The notes under the pieces: model-generated
The model's database searches: none
What the model saw: only the letters and a program-made list of their open reading frames with translations
Told to the model about the DNA's origin: nothing
Program-made: the position numbers and the translations under genes
DNA from: Oikopleura dioica
Taxonomy: Eukaryota > Animalia > Chordata
Direction: 5' to 3'
Length of the DNA stretch: 64,000 nt
Assembly (NCBI GenBank): GCA_907165135.1
Contig: OU015567.1
Span: 1,922,001-1,986,000 of the forward strand
In this document: positions 39,218 to 52,640 of the stretch, in pieces
Layout of the letters: the number at the start of each line of letters is the position of its first letter
Numbering within the stretch: position 1 is the first letter of the stretch

Positions 39218-39624
39218 CAGTTTTTTTCCTCTTTTGTGGACCCCCATTTTGTGGACATTTTCTTCATTATAAGGGGTTTTCGAGGGACACTTTTGCAAGG
39301 ATAATATTTCCCTTTTGTGGACATTTGTCCAGCCGAGAAAATTTAAGAGGAAGAAACAGGGTGTTATTTTTCTAAAATTTGGATGATTTTCAATTTTTTG
39401 GATGAAATCAATGGACTATAGAGTTTAACTGACCAAAAATGGTAAAAGAGGCGAAAATAAGGTGTTTCCTAGATAAAATTTGCCATTTTTCGAAGAAAAA
39501 TTTAACGAAGAAAAAATTTTAAGGCCCTACGGCGGGACATTTTTTTGAAGACTCTTGCCCACTTTTGTGGACAGTTTTATAAAAATTTGGGACAAAAAAT
39601 GTCCACAAAAGAGGAAAATAACTG
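39218..39624. mobile_element. Tc1/mariner (pogo-like) MITE
   Basis: TA-CAGTTTTTTTCCTCTTTTGTGGAC ... GTCCACAAAAGAGGAAAATAACTG-TA: 24-bp TIRs with one mismatch and a TA TSD. TTTTGTGGAC is repeated internally. Confidence 0.92.
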
Positions 39625-40700
39625 TACTAATAAACGAGCGCTTATTCTCAAAGAAAAGAGTAAAAACGGTTAAATATAATGGATAATCCGTCAAACATTT
39701 ACAAATTTATCATCTTTGCTAGAGAAGAAATTGTCTGAAGAATGTATATTTTAGGGATTTTCTACTTACTTATTGAATCGTTTCTAGTGAAAAAACGGTC
39801 ATTGAATTGAAAAAAGAAGGTCATTGATTGAAGAAGGAAGAATTTTTGGACGAAAATGGACCCTTTGGAATGTTTCGGTATTTTGTGCATTTTTGACGCG
39901 AGCGATTTGACCATCGACGATGTTTTCACAAAGTGGGTCTTGGTCGTGGGCCTTGATCCTTACCTTATGTGGTGGTATGCGGCGGCGCATTGCACAAGAA
40001 GTACCAAAACGCGTAAAAAATTACGCGCGCCAAGCTACATTTTTCATTTTTGGATCAATCGTTACCTAAAAAGATAAAGTCAGAAAAGATTTGAAATTAT
40101 TTTGAAATCGAATATTCATGATTCGCGTAATCCATCGCCAGGAAAACACCTGTATCTCTCCAAACAAACAAGTAAATCCGCCGTCAAACTGTAACAAGCT
40201 AAAATCCCCCTGTATCAGTTTCCGATAAAGCGTGAATCTCAGTCCCTTCCCCTCATCCTTCCAATCCGCTTTGACTATTTCTGGGTACTTGTTATCATGA
40301 CTTGGGTGCTCAGAGATATTTCGGCTTAGCCTTTTTGATTTCTGTTTTGACGCAACTCAGTTTTTCGGAGTGGTCAGTTTCTGACGCACTTGAAAAATAG
40401 TGTTAGAAAATTAAAAAAGAGGAGAGCCGTTTTGGAAATTTTGAATTTTGTTTTTTCAGTTCACGGCTAAATAAAATACCGTAATGCGTGTCTATTTGGT
40501 AAAAATGGGAAAAGAGGTCCTCAAGCAAAAAAGTCCTCCGGAGTCCTCCGAGATCACGTCGTTAAAATATTTCGTAAAAATGTTTACTATAAACTTTGGT
40601 CTTCCAGCAAAAAGAATCTTCCAGTAGAGGAGTCCTCCAAAAAAAAGGATCCTCGATGGTCATGTGTTCAAAATTTTTAACAAATATTTATTATAATAAA

Positions 40701-40796
40701 TCGAGAAGCCGTTTGCGGCTTCGAGCTTGAACGATTAAAAGCCGCGCGAGGCGAGGCTTCTTTTTTGATAGCTCGAAGCCGCAAGCGGCTTCTCGA
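40701..40796. mobile_element. AAGCCGC/GCGGCTT hairpin element, copy B
   Basis: TCGAGAAGCCGTTTGCGGCTTCGAGC...GCTCGAAGCCGCAAGCGGCTTCTCGA, the same termini as the 9889 copy. Confidence 0.8.
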
Positions 40797-43700
40797 TTAA
40801 CGTTAATTTTTGAGAGCGAGATCTTAAATTCTGGAGCGATCAACTAAATAGTGATTCGCGTTCTATCTCTTTCGATAAATTTGATTTGTCCGAGCTGCCC
40901 AGATGCCAGGATTAGCCGTGATGAAACCGAGCAAGGGTTGATCGCATCTCACGGAGTGCGAATTCAAGTACGTGGGAAAAACGCTGCTAATCTGTTGTAC
41001 GTATACGGACGCGTATTCTTAATCCGCTGACGTTCAACGAGACTGTCTTAGAGTCCATTTTTTAATTTGCGATAAGGAGCTGGAGGGGAAGGAAAGGGAG
41101 GCTTGAGTGGATAGTTTTAAGCCGATTAGGGGGCGAGATTGATTCGCTAGAAAATTCAATTTATTAGAGGATGAAAATTTCTGATACTGATAAATAAGGG
41201 TATAATCAGGCTTAGCGCTGTATCTTCGGATAAATAACCCTGTGTAGAAACCTGAGTCAGGGTCCTGAAAGAGCTGTAATGAAAGGCCTTTTTATTGAAC
41301 AAGGCCTTGGTTGTTTTTTCAACCAAAAACGTCATGTCTGAAAAAATCCGATTTGTGCTAATTCCAAAACTGCGTCATGTGACACCAACTTCAAATCTCA
41401 GAAATCCACTTTCATCCCAAGCTTGCGTATTAGACAACTACGTATCCACAGCTGGGTTCAGTGACTCACCCAGACGAGCGAAAAATTGAGTCACGTGAAA
41501 ACTCGGATTTTGAATTTTTGAAAAGTGAAATTATGAATATGGACCGGAACATGATGAGGCGGTATTTGGACGGTATCGCCTAAGTGCGCGTGACAAGGCA
41601 AAGGGAACACGTGACAGGACGCAAGATTTCAAGTTTTATTAAATTTAAGCTTTCTTATCTAAAAACACGGTCTTTCAATTTCTGTTCTTAAATTATCGAA
41701 AAGAAAGAAACGTGGCGGAGAGGAAGATTTAGCGGGACTCACCCCGGATGACCTAAAAAATGACCTCTGACGCGAGTGGATACCGTTTTTCGGAAGTAGA
41801 TTTCAGATTTCAAAATTTAAAATTCATTATCAAAGTCGAATTTTTACAGTTTTGGCAAAACTGAAGAAAAGGAAGTGCATTTTTGGAAGACCAATAAGAA
41901 AGCTGTATTCGGCCTTCCAGCCAATTAAAACCCAGATCCATAAAATCACTTACTTTTCTTGGTTTTGCCCCCCTTTTTGCTGTATTTACCTGGAGGTTAG
42001 CATTTGCCATGTGATTCTTCTATTTTACCTTGTTATTTTCAATATCTCCTTGTTTTCCGCCTTTCTGAAAGAGAGAAGTTAGAAATCATTTTTGTTGATC
42101 AAAATTATTTTGAAGAAAAAAATCATGTTCAAAAAAACCAAAATCCAATCTTCTTAAAACAGCAAAAATATGTCTACTGGCCTAACCCTCCTTCGTAATG
42201 GACATTTTTACGCGGCTGATTAGACAAACTTTTTTAAACACCATTTTTTTCGCCAATTTCTCGAGCAGTTTTTTATCATCACGATCAGGATTGAAATCAA
42301 AAAACCTTTGTTTATCCGTTGTTGGAGGGAGACTTAATGTTATTGCATTGGTTTATCTGCAGCTTTTCCTGCGCAACGTGGACACCTTCGAAAATAAATC
42401 GAGGCAAAATAGATCGGAAACAAAAAATAAGCTTTTGTTTGATAAACGCAATTTTCTCTTGCTCAAACAAAATTTATAAATTAAAGTGAAACCATTATAA
42501 TGGAAGTAACGAAGGTGCCCTTTTTGACCATGTTTCTGTGCCTTATTTTTAGGGGAAGAATCAAATAAATCATCAAATCAAATCAGTCAATATTAAATAT
42601 TAATAAACATTCCAACTCGGAAAAGCCCCGCCTTCCAAATCAAAAATATCAAATTTTATCATGTAATTTATTCACGTTTCTTTACACGTCTTGACTGGGT
42701 CCAGACTTTGCTCTTGAAATAAATGCAATTCTGAATTTCTGTCAGTTCGTGTTTACAAAAAAACAAGACTCAAAACGTGAAAAAAATGTCAATCTTACTA
42801 AGTAATATTTCGGAGACCATAAACAGCCAAAATTTTATTTTGGTAAATAAATTCTAGAGCTCAAGATCGCTGAAAACAAAATTATTTCGCTCTTCTTTCT
42901 TTCGCTCATCAATAGTTTCACAAAATTATTCTTCTATCGATAATTCTAAAATGCACTTTTCTAGTCTAAGTACTTATGAGTTATTATCTAATTAGCGCGA
43001 AATTATTGACTTACCGCAAGAGAACTGACCGCAACTTTGCGAAGCCTAATTTCTACCAAGACAAAAAATCTTCCCCAACGTGGGTCAGCTTATCCCCCAT
43101 TTTAAGCGCTAGAACTGACTTTCAAAACAGAAAAATCCCAAGAAAAACAACAAAAAGAAAACCCGAAATCTTCAAATTTTTCGACAGAATAAATCGGTCT
43201 TCTTTTTTGAGATTTCCACGAAAGAAATCGGCGGCTTTAGCAAAAGCAGCTGTGGAAACATCTGAGCTAATCTTTTGGCTAATCCATTCTGAGCCGGAAA
43301 CTGAAAGGTCGAAGCTCTCTTGGTGATAACCACTTTGGTTGTTTAGGCTTGGCAACGCGGCACTGCCTTTTGAGTTTTGCTTATTTTTCAAGGCAAATCC
43401 GATTCAAGGGCTTTTTGAACGATTTCTCGAGGAGGGATGATGTCATCAGTTTCTTCATCGAATTAACGAAGAAATTTAAGAAATTTTTTAATAAAAATAT
43501 TTTTTAAAAAATAACTTGTTAAAAATATAGCAGAAAAGAAAGCATCGGAAATCGTGCTCCATCAAAAAGAGCTGAGTATAATTTTCCGACTCAAAAAAGC
43601 AAGTCGTCAATCATGATTCTAGATTTCCGCGCCAAGCCCTTACACCTGTCTCCGGTCGGGCATCCGGGCGAGTTCAAAAAAGGGAGTTGCATAAAATGTC

Positions 43701-45587
43701 AAAAAAATATTCCGACAGGAAACATACATACTAGACAAAGAAGAGCTTCAAAGATCGGATTCTGAAAAAATAACATGAGAAAGTTGAATGTTGACCCGGC
43801 GGCGACTTCCGCTCATCTAAAATTTTCTTCAGCCGTCGTCTTAGAAAACTCAAATTTCAAATATTCAGAAATCATGACAAGAAAGAAGGAAGGGTCATCA
43901 AACAAACATACGTAAGAAAAATGTTCAAAAATGAAAGATTTCAGTAAAAAGAGACTTCTTCTCATACAGAGGAAGTCTTCTAGCAGGCGGGGTCCTCCGC
44001 TCTGCATGAAAAAACGAAATACCCTCACACGGTGTCGCTTATTCGAGCTTTTGTTCAGGGCAAACCCCTTCTTTGATCGGTATGTAATATTAAAGATAAT
44101 ACTGAAAAAAGGCTGTGAGAATTTTTGTTCAAAAATTATCAGATCGTCATTCCGCAAGATAAAAAGCCAAAGAATAACGGACGTGTTTCATTGCTCCAAA
44201 AATGTCTTTCTGACCAAAAACACGCCCGAGTTACAACTTTCTTACTCGTCATTTATACGTGCAGAGCTCATCCCTTTCCTTTGTTTAAAAACTCGAAACT
44301 CAATTTTATTTTATTTAACTTCAAAGAAGGTGTTAATACGACTCTTTCGCGTCGTTTTTGCGGTATCGATAGTGACACCCTTAAAAAACTCTCAACCGCG
44401 ATTACGTATGACTTTATTTGGCGACACCTGTTTCGCGGTCGCTTGAAAACAAATGCTTTCGAATTTGAAGAAGAGCCGCTTCCTAAAATGGCCAAATCCG
44501 ACCGATGTTTGAAGCTTGTGGCGAATTATTCAATCGATAGACTTTTGGAGATTTGAGGCGAGTTTTTCAGAATTGCCAATCAAAATTCAGAGTTTGCAAA
44601 AAACGTGAAGCAATTTTCGACTCAAAAAAGAACTCTTTAGAAACATTCTTCAAAATCTTAAAATTTTTAAATTATCCCCTAATCTCCCCCGATGCCCTTA
44701 TTTGTTCCCTGCTCCCACCTTATATAACCACCCTTAATCCATCAAGACTTGGACCAGGCTCATCATCTCCTCAAAGTTCTCGACCTGCTCTATTATGACC
44801 GCGCTGTTTTGCTCGTTAGGGCCCTCCCCTCTTTGTAATTACAGTTCTCAAGAAATAAAATTTCGAGTGCGGAAAGAAGAGGAATGAATATTCAAAAACC
44901 AAGATTTGGAACATGACAGATTCAAGTAAAAAACATCGCTTATCGATGAATATCTAGTGAAAGACAGCTCAGATGATAAGTCAAGTCAAGGGCGCTGTTC
45001 TTTGAATTTTAAGGGTACCCCCGTGGATTTATGGAAAGATTGATCTGGTTTAAGATTGATAAAAATTGATGAATTATTTTATCGGAGAACTTTTTTTCAA
45101 GAAAATTTTCTAGAGATGAAGAAACGATCTTTTTTTCCAAGAAAATTTATCAACGCAAGTGTTTACCGATCCCGTCTCTTTTGGTAATTTTCTCTTCTCA
45201 CAGGTTGCGGACTGATTCGATTTACGCGCACCTTTTGCTCTCCCGTAATTAGGTATCCACCGCCTGGCCGGTCCCTTATTCTCTGTTGAACTGTTTTCTT
45301 CTTTTTAGCAAAACGAGATTAGCACGTTGATCAGCAACATGTTTTGAGTATAAGTGGCATCAACAATCTGCTGATACAATCAGTACAAATTTAAGCAGGG
45401 TCGGCCTCTTATCATATTTTCTGTCCACGGCCGCGGATTGATCCAATTTTCAAAAACAAAATATTTCCAGTGAACGTAAAATGAAACCGGCGCTCCTTAT
45501 CGCCATTTTTTGGGAATTCAATTGTGTCGGATTTTGAATATTCGTCTTTTTTCTTCGAAGACCCTTTGTTTGGATTTCCACAGAAGA

Positions 45588-45861
45588 CCGAGAAGCCGCT
45601 TGCGGCTTCGAGCCAAAAACCCGGAGCCGCGCTTAGCGCGGCTTTTCCTGTACTTAATTCAATGATTAAATGATCATTCAAAAAATAACAGAAAAAGCCG
45701 CGCAAAGCGCGGCTACGCATTTTTCGACTCGAAGCCGCAAGCGGCTTCTCGATCTCCGGTGAAAATAAATGAAAAGGGTTTTCGATGAGAAAATTGGAGA
45801 TCCTAAGAGGCGATAAGGAGTGTTAGATATTTTTCGACTCGAAACCGCAAGCGGCTTCTCG
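45588..45861. mobile_element. AAGCCGC/GCGGCTT hairpin element, copy C (165 bp) plus a duplicated right end
   Basis: CGAGAAGCCGCTTGCGGCTTCGAGC (45589) to CTCGAAGCCGCAAGCGGCTTCTCGA (45752), with two internal hairpins AGCCGCGC..GCGCGGCT. The right end is repeated at 45831-45861. Confidence 0.8.
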
Positions 45862-46049
45862 CTAAGGACATCGAAAATGTTGAATCTGAGGATAAGCAGA
45901 AGGGATGAGCATTTTTTGAAGTCGTAAACGTGTAGTGGCTATTTCCTGGTTGCGATAAAACGCGATCGTGTATCGCCTCGCATGTGTCACTTTTCGCATT
46001 GGTCGGGGTATACATGTACGAAAAGTGGTGTAGAAACACACGTTTTCGG

Positions 46050-46073
46050 TTTGAGTCCGATTTCGCAACAGGT
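46050..46073 (+). other. Spliced-leader-like sequence fragment followed by a GT donor
   Basis: TTTGAGTCCGATTTCG-CAACAG|GT. The first 16 nt are identical to the middle of the O. dioica 40-nt SL as I recall it (...TTTTTGAGTCCGATTTCGATTGTCTAACAG), and the end AACAG matches. The comparison is from memory, not a search. Confidence 0.4.
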
Positions 46074-47152
46074 GCGGCAATAGGGCTACTCCGATTACTT
46101 TCGCTTGCTCAGCTGGGCGTATTAAGCCGCGAGATTCACTTTTCATGCGGATTATTGAAAATCATGGTTCATTGCTAGTATTTTCACTTAATTTTTTTCA
46201 ATGCCTCTAGAAAGCCTCTAAAAAGCCCTTAATTAGACTAACACATGTATGTATCTCACAGCTTTCTGTTCCACGTGTCGTAAACTAACACCTCGTAAGC
46301 ACTGGTAATCTTTTTGGGGTCATGAGCGGCTGGCAATTACTCTGCACCAAATTGCGTCTAAACTATTTTGAGTAGTTTCGTAAGCTTTTTCCTAATTTGC
46401 TGTTATGAAATTTGTTAAACGAAATTTTTTTTTTGCAAAAAGCGTTTTTGAACGTCTTTGGCAGAAAATGTCATTTTTCGCTTCTCAGAAGTCGAAAAAT
46501 ATTCATCAGAAAATTTGGCAAAGCAAAAAGGTCAGAACTCAAGAGTTACGTAAATTGCGAATGAATGGAGCCAGCCAGATAATCGATCTTCCATGGACAT
46601 GGGCTCACATTGTCGCCTCAAAAGCCGGATAAGGGTTGACATTTTTAAGAGGATTGAAATCACTTTTTCTTTGCTTATCTTTTTCTCAGAAGTTGACGCG
46701 GTTTTTTTACAAATTGAAAAAAAAAGAAAATTTTTCAAATAAAAAACTGTAATCTCATCATTTTCGTCCGAGGCCCTCGACGTGTTAGCGGGTTAAAAAT
46801 CAGGTTTTTCTTTCTGATCAAAAAGCCGAGCCCCCTTTCATCCTTTTAGCATAATCAAGATGCAAGGCGACTCGTCAAGAGGCGGCTTTTACGCCAAAGT
46901 ACAGCTTTCTTCTCTCTCAAATTGAGCACCTTGAAATTGATGACCACTACTCTCACGGGCGGCCAGGGAGGAGCTCCAAGGTGCTCGCGAGTTACTAATG
47001 GAACTCGCCGGCGTCACTTTATGACGCGAAAATCACCACTCACTGTGATCACACGCGGCACAGGAGCAAACACGAGTTTTTTCGTTAATGAGAAAAAACT
47101 CGCACGGGAATTTTAAATTCAGACTTTTATCACACTTAAAAGATCTTTATCG

Positions 47153-47281
47153 AAAAGTAGCGGCTTTTTTAAACAGAAAGCCGCGAAGCGGCTTTTCAAA
47201 ATTATTATTCAAGTCTAATTTCAAGTTGTTGCGAAGCCGCTTCGCGGCTTCGTTTTCAAAAAAGCCGCTCCGCGGCTTTTT
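47153..47281. repeat. Cluster of three AAGCCGC-N3/4-GCGGCTT hairpins (related to copies A-C)
   Basis: AAAGCCGCGAAGCGGCTTT (47177), GAAGCCGCTTCGCGGCTTC (47233), AAAAGCCGCTCCGCGGCTTTT (47260). Confidence 0.75.
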
Positions 47282-50200
47282 CATTGATGATTTTAAGGGT
47301 ACCACCTTCGATTTCCCAAATTTTTCGGTGATTTGGGAAATCGAAGGTATACCCTTAAGAAATGGAATTCTTAAAAATTTCAATCTTGTCCACCTTTTAA
47401 ATTAAGAATAAAACACATCATGATTATTGTTGAGCAGTTAGGTTGTAAGTACTTTGTTTTGAAACTCTCGGTGATGATGGAAAAATGTCAAGCCGCCGCA
47501 AAAAGAATAGAAAAAAAGCCACGGCGAATTTAAGCTCAAAGTGAATCCTCCGCGGGAGATGAGCTGTGTTGCGATAGGCAACATGCTAAAATCACGTGTC
47601 GGCCTCCTTTTTTTCTCTCATTAATAAACACTAACATTCTAAATTGCGGGGTTTTATGCTCCGCGTACATATGAAAAACCAGCGAGTTCTTAGATTCTAA
47701 GCAGTTACTCTTCGGCGATTTGAACGAATTAGAGCTTATTGAAAGCGGCTTAGAATGCATGAGAAGTCGTTAAGTTCACACTTGGGCGTTTTGGGTTTCA
47801 TAATAATAGCGCGGCGAAATTTAAGCCAAGAGTTTCCAGCTTCTTTTGTCGATTCTAGCGCCCTGGAAATTAGGTTCAAAGAAGAGGCAAAAATGAGAAG
47901 ACGCCCTTATTTTTTGATCTTCATCTTTTTGAACACAGCTCATTATCAGTTCGACTTTTCGCTAGAAAGCTCTATTTGTGCCAAATATCCTTATCTCTCC
48001 AAGAAAAAGGGAGTGGTGACTGGTCCGCCTGTATAAGCTCATCAATACAAAAGCCCCGAAAACCCTCAAAAAGAATGAGGGCAGTTGAGTTTTCCTTTGA
48101 ATTTGATTTCTATTATAATGGAAAACAGGCGCTTTTGATTGTGTTTTTAAAATGTGAAGTATTTGAGCCAGGTTTTCAAGAGATTTTTGCGGCTTTGAAA
48201 ACATGTTTTCTCATGATTCTGATCTCAATGATCTGATTAAGAGTCGTCAGTAATTACTGTTATGAAAAAAATTACAACCGTCTTGAGGAAGAATATTTTG
48301 AAAATTTGGCTTTGAAATGAACCGTTTTTTGAATTTTCCTTATTTTTTTTCTCTTACCTGTTTTAATTAAACAGAGAGCAGCAGATATGATCGTCCTTAA
48401 GGATGTGCGTGAGATAAGAGAGGGACAAATTGCGGTTACCTGTGGTTCTTTTGCGGGTTAGTCGCGATTTCCGCCGAGAAAATAGTAAAAGATCTACTCT
48501 TTATGCTTTAGGAAGTTTGATATTTTGAATGGAGTTTCAAATACAGATTAGAGGCTATTTTGGTTTTGATTTTGAGAAATTTTGATTATCAAATAGGAGA
48601 TGTACACCCTTAATCAAGAAATGAAGCAGCTTATTGAACATATAAAAGGAAACAAATAGTGAAAAGGATGAGACTCATTTGAAGAGTAAACTAAACGGCG
48701 CCGCAAAAATTTGTGCCTCGCGTTAACCCATCAACGCGGGCGCGGGCAATTATGGTCGGATAGTAACCTAGTTGTTATAATAGTGAAGATGACGCGGGCT
48801 GGCTTCTGAAGAGAGAAATTGTAATAGATTGGGTAAATAAAGAAGGGGTTTCTTACCTTCGTTTAGCCAGTTTTTCAGCAGCAGACGAAAATAAATGATA
48901 AGGGGGTTTTCTTAACACTGGGGGAAGAAAATAAATTGTTACAATTTTTCGACTCGAAAATGAACAGTTACTTTTTTATCGAGTTTTTTAGTACAGCAGC
49001 TCACTACAAATGAAAACGATCTTGAAAATGATCTAAGGGGAGACAGACGAAAACCGCACCGACCCGCGACTTGTGAAAATATTATGCCGAGCGTATACGA
49101 ATTTTTATTTTTCTTCAGAAACACGAAGAAGATCAAAAGACTTTTTCTAACGGTTCAAGCGAGAAGTCTCTTAAGTTTTGAGTTTTCACGAAACAACAGA
49201 TCTAGGATTTTGGTTTTGGGGTGGAAATAATTCATTTTTGATTGTTCGAATTCGAACGTATTTACGTTCAGTGAAACTTTCTTTGCTCTTATCATCAAAC
49301 TTCAAACATAAAGTCGATTTTTTCAGAACTTTAATTTTAAGAAAAAACAAATTTCATCCGAAAAAAATCTTTTTATGGTTTACAAAAACACAAAATTTTA
49401 AAGAGAGGCACGAATCGACAAAAAATTGAAACAATCAGAGTTTCGCGAGAATTTTTCCTAAAATCGGAATTGAGTAAAATTTGACAAAAATTTTGGTCAA
49501 AATTGTCGCTTTTTTTATCGCTTCCTCAGAAATTTACCGTTTTTACCAAGAATTATTTCTAGAGAAATACTCATCAAAAAATGTCTCGAAGACCGTTGTT
49601 TCTCGTTTTAAATTTTCATGTTGAGAATCAAACAAAATCTCAATATTTATAACGCGCGAAATATTCCTCTCGGAGCATTGGAAAATGCTCTTCATTCTTT
49701 TTCTAGGGGGACGCAGTGTTGAGAAAATTGCCCCTGATAAAAACCTGAATGTAGATCGCCAAATTGTCCATCTTTCTCTTCCTTCTGGAAATCTTCGCTA
49801 TCTCTACAGCAAAACCACGTTGCGAAAATCTGACCACATGAAAGTTTTTGAGCAGTCTCGGTCATTTTTCGTTGTTTTTTTTCTTTCTTGAGATTCTCGG
49901 TTTTTGAAAAAAAAAGAGCAAAGGAGTCAGAAAATTGTTACTTTTTCTGAAGCAAGCAAGGGTGAAAGAAGTTTCTTGAGAAAATTTTTCGTTTCAGGGA
50001 AGTTTCGAAAACGCGGTAGCGGGGAGCGCGCGCGGTCCGTGATGCGCCTTGGCTTGCGAGCGCCCTCGGAGAATTCTCGCAAAGGAAAATTTAATGGCTT
50101 TTTTTTACTGAAATTTATTAAGGGAGTTTTATATTTTTATTTATTTGGCAGTGCAGAAGCGTTATGAGAACATGTTTTTCGAAATGTTACAGTCATTATC

Positions 50201-50622
50201 TTACAGTAAGGCGTTAAGAATAGCTTTTTATCTTCTTGAGACTCTTGCCATGATTCGGTTTCTTGTTCGGGCCTTGTATTTGAGCTTGAAATCATCAGCT
50301 TTTTTCTTTTCTTCCGGAGCAATCTTTTTTATATCTTTGTAGTAGTAGACAAAGACTTTCAGAAGGATTCTTTAACTTTGAAAGAACAACACCTTAGAGT
50401 ACTCCTGTAGAGATACTACATTCTTCTCGTGCTATTTATCGTCGATCAAAAGATTATGAAAAGGAAAATTCATATTGATTGTTCAAATAGATATTTTCAT
50501 GATTTTCAGGCTTTTTATTGTTAATTTTTCTCCTCACAGCTGTTCTAGGGCTTTTTTTATCAAACAATTTTTGCGATCAATTTTTTGACAATCTTTGCGC
50601 TCTTTTCACTGTTTTTTTAATA

Positions 50623-52640
50623 TCAAAATCCGTGTCCTAGTAAAAGCAGAAGACAAAGCTGGAAGGCGATAATTGCGATGATCGTGCCCAGCGCGATAAC
50701 TTCTAACGGATTGAAACATCTAAACATAGCACGTGGTTATGTGGCGTAATCTAACCGTCAGCCGCTTACGAGTCAGAAAATGGTTTTGCTTTTGTTTGGA
50801 AACCGTCTTTGTTGGGTTCTACTGGGGCGCATCGAGAGGTGAATCTTAGAAATATTTTTTAGAAAAAAAAATTCTGAAAAATCAAACCTGATGTCAGTAA
50901 ACCAAGATTCATCAAGCATCATGCAAAACCAGTGTCTTTCAACTTCCGAAACAGCAGTTGTAAAAGTGTTGTTCTTCGCCACAATTGTTCCATCTGGCAA
51001 AACTCGATTCAACCTGCAAGCATTACAGTTACATAAAGAAAGAAAGATGTACCTCGGATCAAGGGCGGACTCGGATTTGATACAGATCGTTATGGCAGTG
51101 CAGCAGATAAACATGACTAAAATGAATGATTTTTTGACAGGAAGATTGAGGTCTTAGATGAGAAAACAAAGGATTATTATTTTTTCTCGAGAATAGAACT
51201 TCTAATTTTTTTTTTCTTGAAAATCATAAGATTCATGATATTTTCGTAAACTTTGATTTTTCTGACAAATTATTGACTGATAGATTTCTCTAACGAAAGG
51301 TTATCGTTCGATATAAAGTTGTGGTTTATCATCAATGATTCATCATATTTAGTAACCTGTCGAAAGAATAGTGCCAAAAGTACCAATAACTTCAGCAATA
51401 AACCTAATCCACCACTTTTCGTCCTTTTGCCCGCCGCCTTCCGCAAAATATTCGCGTACGCTGCCCACTATGCTGATTACAGCCGGAATAAAGGCCATCA
51501 AGAACTGAAATGTCGGAAGCCAAAAATTTGCAATTCCAACTTCTTTATCCGGCGCTTTTTTCCAGGTTGAAGTTTTGTTGATTCTTTTTCGTCTTGGAAT
51601 TTTTAAATTGGCTAAATTTAGAGATATCCTTAAAGTAGAACGGGATGAATTACGTGCCAGTTTTCGTGGAGGACCCTTAATTATGTTTTGGGATAAAAAT
51701 AAGGATGATTTGCTCATCCAATTAAGGGTGGGGCTAACGATTTATAAATGGCGAAAAATCAAGTAGAGCAGTTTTAAAATAGCCATATTAAAATATCATT
51801 TATGAATTAATAGCGCTAGAATTTTGAATAAAAGAAGATAATTTTGATAATTAAGGGTGTAGCGATCGATAATTGCTGCAATAATTAATACTATTTTGGG
51901 CTCAAATGTTCAAAATTTTGAGTACAAATTTGACATTTTCAACCCTTTCCTTGATATCGTGAAGAGTAAAAATATACAATAAAAGTATCGACTGAGTCGC
52001 ACATAATAAACGAAATAATCCCATGATCGAGAAAAATATCGTTGAGAATTGGGTAGTCGGCTATGAATTGCGTTTCCCGGTAGACTTGATCCATGAAGAA
52101 CAAATTGATCAGGTAAAGGTAGAGCTTGCAGACGGAAATGTAGATCATGCAGCTTCCGATGTCTTCGAGGGGGTCGGTGAAGAGGTTTTCGTTGACTCTG
52201 GCGGAGGATTTGTTGCGAAATTTTCAAATTTAGCGCGAAAAAGGGCGGAAAAAATGACTCATCTCTTCATCAGTACAGAACTCCTGACTCTGACGTGTAT
52301 TGATTTAGAATCTTAGGCTTCTTAAAATCATCTTGCGGAAGTTTTCGAATTCTCGATCCTCTATTCCTGTATTCAAACCACACGACGATGCTTGGATAAA
52401 CCCCCAAAATCGGCCAAATGTAGTCGAGTCCGATCGCAAAAGCCAGGTCCTTTTTAGATTCTTGCTCCGAGCGCGGCTTGTCCAGCCAGAATTCTATCTA
52501 ATGCCGGGATTACGAGAGTGCCGCTCGCGTTTGATTCATGACAATTCTAGAGGCGGAAATTCAACTGAACCCGGCGCCTTTGAGTAAGTAGCGTAACCGG
52601 CAGCGCAGGAACAAATTAAAAGAATGATGAGTTGCGTGAT
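50623..52640 (-). CDS. Multi-pass membrane domain (about 8 predicted TM); probably the 3' part of the EGF-repeat gene
   Basis: Hydrophobic segments: GAFITQLIILLICSCAAGY; LAFAIGLDYIWPILGVYPSIVVWF; IGSCMIYISVCKLYLYLINLFF; IFLDHGIISFIMCDSVDTFIVYFY; FWLPTFQFLMAFIPAVISIVGSV; WWIRFIAEVIGTFGTILST; SFILVMFICCTAITICI; LEVIALGTIIAIIAFQLCLLLLLG. They are joined in frame by short introns, including a GA-AG intron at 52498-52547. No usable start codon of its own was found. Confidence 0.65.

Noticed and set aside
47790-47930. CLFFEPNFQG as a beta/gamma-crystallin motif
   Set aside because: A single short motif between stop codons; chance is likely.
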